Below are positions 9,380-14,855 of a DNA stretch of 16,920 nucleotides, piece by piece. The notes under the pieces are model-generated. The model worked only from the letters and a program-made list of their open reading frames with translations. It did no database searches and was not told the origin of the DNA. This DNA comes from Kiritimatiellia bacterium (lineage in GTDB: Bacteria > Verrucomicrobiota > Kiritimatiellia > RFP12 > UBA1067). Location of the stretch: positions 1 to 16,920 of the forward strand of contig JBMNFY010000005.1 of assembly GCA_050949565.1 (NCBI GenBank). The letters run 5' to 3'. The translations under genes were made by a program, and so were the position numbers. The first letter of the stretch is position 1. Every line of letters starts with the position of its first letter.

Positions 9380-9543
9380 GGTCGGCGGCCGCCGCCCCCC
9401 CCGGGGGGGGCGCACCCCTTGAAGGGAAGCACATCAATGTTCAACCAACCATCAAGAACCAAGTGTTAACCTGGAGCCGTGACTTGACACTTTACGATAG
9501 GTTTACACTTTCTTCTTGAAGTCTAAGAAGAAAGCGGGTAGCA

Positions 9544-9936
9544 ATGAAGGACAGAATGAGGTACAGTGAAGCGTTCAAACTCAAGGTAATGGAGGAGCTG
9601 AGGGATGCAAAATGGAAGTCAGTTCAGGAGGCCGCCAAGGCATATGGAATTTCGGAGATGTCGGTCTACAACTGGATGCACAAGCTCGGCTTCGAACATC
9701 TGAAAGGAAGGCTCGTTTACGTGAAGACACGGACGGAATTGGATCGGATCAAGGAGCTCGAGGCGGAGAACCTCCGCCTCAAGCAGAGCCTCGCGGACGA
9801 GGTGCTCGACAACAGGCTGAACCAGGCGTTTCTTCGGATCGCCTGCCGGCGGGCCGGGACGACCGTCGAAGATCTAAAAAAAAAGAATGGTGGGATGCCG
9901 CCCACGACACCCACGAGCGGGATGGCCTGCCAGTGA
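9544..9936 (+). CDS. IS3-family OrfA, copy 2
   Basis: Translation identical to 8160..8552. Confidence 0.92.
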   Translation: MKDRMRYSEAFKLKVMEELRDAKWKSVQEAAKAYGISEMSVYNWMHKLGFEHLKGRLVYVKTRTELDRIKELEAENLRLKQSLADEVLDNRLNQAFLRIACRRAGTTVEDLKKKNGGMPPTTPTSGMACQ

Positions 9937-10763
9937 CGAGGCTTTGCGCCAGATGTGGAAAGAGCACGGTCGCCTACTACAAGGGCCGCAAGGCGCGCGA
10001 GAAGCGCGTCGGGCGGGAAGACGTCATTCTTCTGCTGGCCCGTCGCGAACGCATTGTCAACCCGATGGCCGGCTGTAAGAAAGTGCTTTTCGCCATCCGG
10101 CCGGAAATGGCCGAGGCGGGGATCTCGATGGGCGTCAACAGCTTCTACAAGCTGATGAAGGAGAACGGCATGATGGTGCCGAAACGCAAGAAATACAGCT
10201 GCAAGACGACGCGGCAGGACAAGTCTCTGGCGCCTTCGCCGAATCTGGTCAAGGACATGGAGATCAATGCTCCCGATCAGGCGGTGTGCTCGGACATCAC
10301 GTACATCTACACGGAAGAGGGGTTCCTGTTCCTTTCACTGATGATGGACATGTTCGTGCGCGACATCGTCGGCTGGGCGGTCTGCGACTCGCTGAAGGCC
10401 GAGGGCCCCCTGGCCGCGCTGGAGATGGCGAGCCGTGCGCTGAAGCCGGGAGCGAAACCCGTGGCGCACTCCGACCGCGGCTGCCAGTACGCTTCGCACG
10501 CCTACCGCGAGGCGCTCGAGAAGCTCGGCTGGCGGTCCAGCATGACGGAAGAACTCCACTGCTACGAGAATGCGATGGCGGAGCGCCTGAACGGCATTCT
10601 CAAGCATGAGTATTTCCTCAACACGCACTTCAAGACGAAGAAGGAAGCGATCAAGGCGATCAAAGAGGCGATCCGGATCTACAACACGCGCAGGCTGCAC
10701 GAGAAGTGTGGCTTCAAGACGCCGGCGGCGTTCCGTGAGGAGACGATGAAAAAAGTTGCATGA
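9933..10763 (+). CDS. IS3-family OrfB, copy 2
   Basis: Translation identical to 8549..9379, with the same A9G slippery site at 9876-9885. Confidence 0.93.
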   Translation: MTRLCARCGKSTVAYYKGRKAREKRVGREDVILLLARRERIVNPMAGCKKVLFAIRPEMAEAGISMGVNSFYKLMKENGMMVPKRKKYSCKTTRQDKSLAPSPNLVKDMEINAPDQAVCSDITYIYTEEGFLFLSLMMDMFVRDIVGWAVCDSLKAEGPLAALEMASRALKPGAKPVAHSDRGCQYASHAYREALEKLGWRSSMTEELHCYENAMAERLNGILKHEYFLNTHFKTKKEAIKAIKEAIRIYNTRRLHEKCGFKTPAAFREETMKKVA

Positions 10764-10919
10764 GGTCGGCGGCCGCCGCCCCCCCCGGGGGGGGCGCACC
10801 CCTTGAAGGGAAGCACATCAATGTTCAACCAACCATCAAGAACCAAGTGTTAACCTGGAGCCGTGACTTGACAGCAAACGCCAAAAGGCGCGCCTGTGCG
10901 GTTCGGGAGCCCGCCTTTT

Positions 10920-12116
10920 TCAGGATTGGGCTGCCGGCGCGGAACTTTCCGGGGGATAGACCTGCGAGTGGAGCGCCTCGACGAACTCGGCGGGCTTTTT
11001 GTAGCCCAGCGCGGCGAGGTGTTCGCGCCCGACGGCGGTGGCGAGCTTGGCGAGCTTGCGGCGGAAGGACTTCTCGTCCTTCCGGTCGGGGACCGGGTGG
11101 CCCATCAGGATGTGCCAGGCGCGGACGACCATTTTCCGGGCCACGGCGCAGGTGACGACGTTGGCGGGCTTCCCGGAGGCGATCTTGCGGTACGCCCACT
11201 TCGCCATGTCGTCTTTGCCGTGGCGCAGGAAGCTCTTCGCCGCCTCGACCATGAGCGCCTTGAGGTCGGGCCGTCCATGGCTGCTGAGCTTGCGCCGCCC
11301 CCCGGCCTTCCCGCTTTCCGCGACGGACGGGTTGAGGCCGACGTAGCTGACCAGCTTCTTGGGGTTCGCGAAGCGGGACGCGTCCTCGACGAAGGTGAAC
11401 AGGGCGAAGGCGACGATGAAGCGCACGCCGAGCATCTGCATCAGCCTCGTCATCCCGGGCGTTTCCGAGACGATGCGTGCGATGAGCTTCTCGTAGCGGC
11501 CGCGCAGATCCATGCTGTGCTCGTATTCGAGCAGGAGCGTCTCGAGGTGGAACTTCTCCTCCTGCGTCCAGCCGTAGCCGGCCACCTCCGCGCGCACGGC
11601 ATCGGCCTTCCTGTGGAACGACTCCCTGGGCAGCTTCAGCCCGTGGCCGCTGCAGAAGGCCCAGATGCGGTTGGACCAGCGCGTCGAGTCCTTCACGGCG
11701 TTGCGGTGGCCGAAGAAGATGTCGCGCCAGTGCTGGTGGCGCGGGGAGGGGACGTGGACGCGGCGCGTCCCGCCCCGGGCGTGGGCGAACGCGAGGTTCT
11801 GCGCGTCGATGCGGTCGTTGACCCGGTCGGAGCGGGCCCGCCCCGCGAGCGTGTCGGAGGCGAGCACCTCCGCGCGCTGCCCGACGGCCCCGAGGCGGCG
11901 GACGATGGAGAAGGCGTTCGTGGACGCCTCCAGCACGGTCAGCGCCCCCGCCGGGACCTGCTTCCTGTAGGTGTTTTCGAGCGAGTCGAGGTCGGTCGTG
12001 ATGTTCTTGATGACGACGGGGTCCGAGCCGAGCCGCCACCGGGTGACGCACAGGGAGATCTTTTCGCTGTGCGCGTCCATCCCGACCAGAATTGTCTCTT
12101 GTGCTGTGTCGGTCAT
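10920..12116 (-). CDS. IS110-family DEDD transposase/recombinase (398 aa)
   Basis: DEDD motifs VGMDAH, VLEAST and NDRIDA. C-terminal RFANPKKLVSYVGLNPSVAESGK carries the catalytic Ser, followed by AVARKM. ATG at 12116 has an AAAGGA RBS. Confidence 0.93.
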   Translation of the reverse strand: MTDTAQETILVGMDAHSEKISLCVTRWRLGSDPVVIKNITTDLDSLENTYRKQVPAGALTVLEASTNAFSIVRRLGAVGQRAEVLASDTLAGRARSDRVNDRIDAQNLAFAHARGGTRRVHVPSPRHQHWRDIFFGHRNAVKDSTRWSNRIWAFCSGHGLKLPRESFHRKADAVRAEVAGYGWTQEEKFHLETLLLEYEHSMDLRGRYEKLIARIVSETPGMTRLMQMLGVRFIVAFALFTFVEDASRFANPKKLVSYVGLNPSVAESGKAGGRRKLSSHGRPDLKALMVEAAKSFLRHGKDDMAKWAYRKIASGKPANVVTCAVARKMVVRAWHILMGHPVPDRKDEKSFRRKLAKLATAVGREHLAALGYKKPAEFVEALHSQVYPPESSAPAAQS

Positions 12117-12124
12117 TTCCTTTA

Positions 12125-12310
12125 TCCTGTATGGCGCTGTCGCACGTTGGGGCAGACGGGTCTGCATGAAGCATACAAGTATACGGGGTCTTTCGCCCCA
12201 AGCAGGTGGTTTCCGTCGGCGCTCAAACAGATTGGCGGGCAGTGAGCCCAATGTAATCTTCGAGCGTCTCCCATGCGGACAGCAAGTGGGTTACCAAGAC
12301 CACCTGCTGC
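12125..12310 (-). ncRNA. candidate bridge RNA in the IS110 upstream non-coding end
   Basis: About 185 non-coding nt directly upstream of the IS110 ATG. A perfect 10-bp stem 12201-12210/12299-12308 encloses inner stems, and there are a GGGGCGAAAGACCCC hairpin and a GCAGAC/GTCTGC hairpin (12152-12165). A -10-like TATGAT lies at 12316-12321 on the minus strand. Confidence 0.55.
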
Positions 12311-12389
12311 TTCGCATCATACCTCAACGTGCGGCAGTCTTTAAAGCCCCGTATACACGGTTCTTCTCAGAACGCCACCCACATTACCA

Positions 12390-13444
12390 ACAGATTACGC
12401 ATATTTTTGGGAGCGGGGAGCGGGTTTATTTAACCACGGAATACACGGAACACACGGAAAGGCATGGCTCGGCTTTTCATGAAGTTTCATGTGTTTCATG
12501 GTTCGGGCTTATTTAACGCAGAGGCGCAGAGTTTTTTTGGGGGTGGCTGCGGGTTTTCGCATCCACAGATTACACAGATTACGCAGATTTTTTAGGGGGC
12601 AGGGATCGGGTTTATTTCACCACGAAGGCACGAAGGGCACGAAGGTTTTTTGGGGGGCATGGCTGCGGGGTTTTTTATCCACAGATTACACAGATTACGC
12701 ATATTTTTGGGAGCGGGGAGCGGGTTTATTTAACCACGGAATACACGGAACACACGGAAAGGCATGGCTCGGCTTTTCATGAAGTTTCATGTGTTTCATG
12801 GTTCGGGCTTATTTAACGCAGAGGCGCAGAGTTTTTTTGGGGGTGGCTGCGGGTTTTCGCATCCACAGATTACACAGATTACGCAGATTTTTTAGGGGGC
12901 AGGGATCGGGTTTATTTCACCACGAAGGCACGAAGGGCACGAAGGTTTTTTGGGGGGCATGGCTGCGGGGTTTTTTATCCACAGATTACACAGATTACGC
13001 ATATTTTTGGGAGCGGGGAGCGGGTTTATTTAACCACGGAATACACGGAACACACGGAAAGGCATGGCTCGGCTTTTCATGAAGTTTCATGTGTTTCATG
13101 GTTCGGGCTTATTTAACGCAGAGGCGCAGAGTTTTTTTGGGGGTGGCTGCGGGTTTTCGCATCCACAGATTACACAGATTACGCAGATTTTTTAGGGGGC
13201 AGGGATCGGGTTTATTTCACCACGAAGGCACGAAGGGCACGAAGGTTTTTTGGGGGGCATGGCTGCGGGGTTTTTTATCCACAGATTACACAGATTACGC
13301 ATATTTTTGGGAGCGGGGAGCGGGTTTATTTAACCACGGAATACACGGAACACACGGAAAGGCATGGCTCGGCTTTTCATGAAGTTTCATGTGTTTCATG
13401 GTTCGGGTTTATTTAACGCAGAGGCGCAGAGATTTTTTGGGGGG
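12390..13444 (+). repeat. tandem array of about 3.5 x 300-bp non-coding units, each made of six short-period modules
   Basis: Lines at 12421, 12721, 13021 and 13321 (and the others in register) are identical; the first differences are at 13408 and 13432. Internal modules are CACGGAA x3, inverted CATGAAA x3, CGCAGAG x2, CACAGATT x3, CACGAAGG x3 and CACAGATT x3. Confidence 0.97.
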
Positions 13445-13462
13445 CAACGCGCTCCCGGACAA

Positions 13463-13525
13463 ACTAATGCACTAATTAACTAACGAACTAAGGCACTAAC
13501 TTGGGTTGCTGGCTCCGCCCGCATC
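13463..13525. repeat. octamer run ACTAANNN x5 fused to the dispersed GCGGGCGGA..GCAACCC element
   Basis: ACTAATGC ACTAATTA ACTAACGA ACTAAGGC ACTAACTT at 13463-13502. 13489-13525 is an inverted copy of 2638-2678. Confidence 0.8.
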
Positions 13526-13551
13526 TGGTTTATGTGTTTCATGTTTAGAAC

Positions 13552-13619
13552 GGTCATAACTATTCCGCATGATACTGCGGATTGGTTTTGACCATTCCGC
13601 AGCAATATGAATAATGGTC
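13552..13619 (+). promoter_or_regulatory. palindromic operator-like region and candidate promoter of the ATPase gene
   Basis: 18-bp inverted repeat 13552-13569/13576-13593 (15/18 match). TTGACC at 13588-13593, a 16-bp spacer, then AATAAT at 13610-13615. No SD before ATG 13624. Confidence 0.45.
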
Positions 13620-13623
13620 GGCC

Positions 13624-14823
13624 ATGAAAATCTACCCCAGAGTGTACACGGAGCTTCTGAAAAAGCATCTGTCCGAGAACCGTCAGATGGCGTTCATGTC
13701 AGGGCCGCGCCAGGTGGGGAAGACCACGGTGTGCCGCGGACTGGCGGACGTCTGCCTGAACTGGGACAATCAGGATGAGTGTGCGTTGATTCTAAAAGGT
13801 CCTGCGGCGGTTGCGTCTTTTGCGGAGTTGCAAAAATTGCATGCGCCCAAGCGTATCGTGGCGTTCGATGAGATTCACCGTTACACGCGCTGGAAAACAT
13901 TCCTCAAGGGTTTTTTCGATGTTTATGGCGAAACGGTCGGCACCGTGGTGACGGGCTCTTCGCGCTTGGACGTTTTCAGGCGGGGCGGGGACAGTTTGAT
14001 GGGGCGCTATTTCCTTTACCGGATGCATCCGTTCAGCGTGGCGGAGTTGATCTCTGCGGCGGTCAGTGAGGATGTGATTTCACCACCCCGTCCTCTTGCC
14101 GACAACGAGTGGGATGCCCTCTGGATACACGGCGGGTTTCCCGAACCGTTCGTTAAGCGGGACGCGCGCTTCTCACGCCGCTGGCAGAACCTGCGGCAAT
14201 CGCAACTGCTGCGCGAGGATGTGCGAGAGCTGACACGCATTCGGGAGATTGATCAGTTGCTCGCACTGGCGTCACTACTGGCGTCGCGCTCGGGACAGCA
14301 GGTTGTTTACGCCTCCTTGGCGAGGGAGGTCCGCATTAGTGAAAACACCGTTCGAGCGTGGATCGGCGCGTTATCAGTTCTGCATTATGGCTTTCTGGTA
14401 AAGCCTTGGTACCGTTCAGTTGCGGCTGCGATTCGCAAAGAGCCGAAGTGGTTTTTGAGAGACTGGTCCCTTATCGAAGACCCGGGCCAGCGGGCGGAAA
14501 CGTTTGTCGCTTGCCATCTACTGAAGGCGGTCGAAGGCTGGACTGATCTGGGAGAGGGACGGTTCGATTTGTTCTACATTCGCGACAAGCAAAAACGCGA
14601 AGTTGATTTTGTGGTGACGCGGGATCAGAAACCTTGGTTTCTGGTCGAGGTTAAGCAATCCGACACGACACTGTCGTCATCGTTGGACTTCATGCAGCGG
14701 CAAATCCGGTGCAAGCATGCGTTTCAAGTCGTCATCGACGAATCGTTCGTAAAAGCGGACTGCTTTGCTCATCAGACTCCTGTCGTCGTTCCAGCCCGCA
14801 CGTTTCTGAGCCAGCTCTTTTGA
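13624..14823 (+). CDS. AAA+ ATPase (AAA_14) with DUF4143 and a C-terminal PD-(D/E)XK-like motif
   Basis: Walker A GPRQVGKT, Walker B VAFDEIH, motifs TGSS and GGFPE, wHTH-like YASLAREVRISENTVRAW, and C-terminal REVDFVV...LVEVK. Confidence 0.9.
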   Translation: MKIYPRVYTELLKKHLSENRQMAFMSGPRQVGKTTVCRGLADVCLNWDNQDECALILKGPAAVASFAELQKLHAPKRIVAFDEIHRYTRWKTFLKGFFDVYGETVGTVVTGSSRLDVFRRGGDSLMGRYFLYRMHPFSVAELISAAVSEDVISPPRPLADNEWDALWIHGGFPEPFVKRDARFSRRWQNLRQSQLLREDVRELTRIREIDQLLALASLLASRSGQQVVYASLAREVRISENTVRAWIGALSVLHYGFLVKPWYRSVAAAIRKEPKWFLRDWSLIEDPGQRAETFVACHLLKAVEGWTDLGEGRFDLFYIRDKQKREVDFVVTRDQKPWFLVEVKQSDTTLSSSLDFMQRQIRCKHAFQVVIDESFVKADCFAHQTPVVVPARTFLSQLF

Positions 14824-14824
14824 C

Positions 14825-14855
14825 TTTCATGAAGCTTCATGTGTTTCATGGTTCG
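14825..14855 (-). repeat. solo copy of the array's inverted 9-mer module, containing the uup stop codon
   Basis: TTTCATGAAGCTTCATGTGTTTCATGGTTCG is 30/31 identical to 12475-12505, 12775-12805, 13075-13105 and 13375-13405. Confidence 0.9.

Larger units (their letters stand above)
8099..9489 (+). mobile_element. IS3-family insertion sequence, copy 1 (complete)
   Basis: TG...CA ends. IRL TGTCCGGCTTTACGATAGGTTTACACTTTCTTCTTGA aligns with the IRR reverse complement TGTCAAGTCACGGCTCCAGGTTAACACTTGGTTCTTGA. GCA at 8096-8098 and 10874-10876 is a 3-bp target duplication around the dimer. Confidence 0.95.
9490..10873 (+). mobile_element. IS3-family insertion sequence, copy 2 (tandem, lacks the outer 7 bp of IRL)
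   Basis: Repeat of 8106-9489 at a 1384-bp offset, with identical ORF translations. It begins CTTTACGATAGG directly after the TGACA end of copy 1. Confidence 0.95.

Noticed and set aside
9479-9509. Strong junction promoter at the IS3 dimer junction
   Set aside because: TTGACA (9484-9489) is only 3 nt from TACGAT and 14 nt from TACACT, so spacing is wrong after the 7-bp loss.
10882-10919. Intrinsic terminator after the IS110 transposase
   Set aside because: AAAAGGCG/CGCCTTTT can pair, but the loop is about 22 nt and the left arm may lie outside the element, so it is too uncertain to call.
12117-12251. N-terminal extension of the IS110 transposase
   Set aside because: ATG 12116 has a good RBS and puts the first catalytic Asp near the N-terminus as usual; the upstream region is structured non-coding DNA.
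12489-13382. Three identical 97-aa ORFs
   Set aside because: By-products of the 300-bp repeat: low-complexity translations (HRLHRL, TKGTK, TDYTDY), no RBS and homopolymer-rich sequence.
12390-13444. CRISPR array
   Set aside because: No constant 23-47-nt repeat with unique spacers; whole 300-bp units are identical, and there are no cas genes in the window.
12390-13444. TIGR-Tas-like guide array serving the adjacent IS110 protein
   Set aside because: No 36-nt periodicity or box C/D-like motifs; the 9-mers are tandem self-repeats rather than unique spacers. The IS110 has its own structured end, and the modules also occur far from it (2713, 3022, 14825).
12421-14855. Classical integron (attC array)
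   Set aside because: No tyrosine integrase in the window and no RYYYAAC...GTTRRRY bounded sites with attC-type symmetry were recognised.
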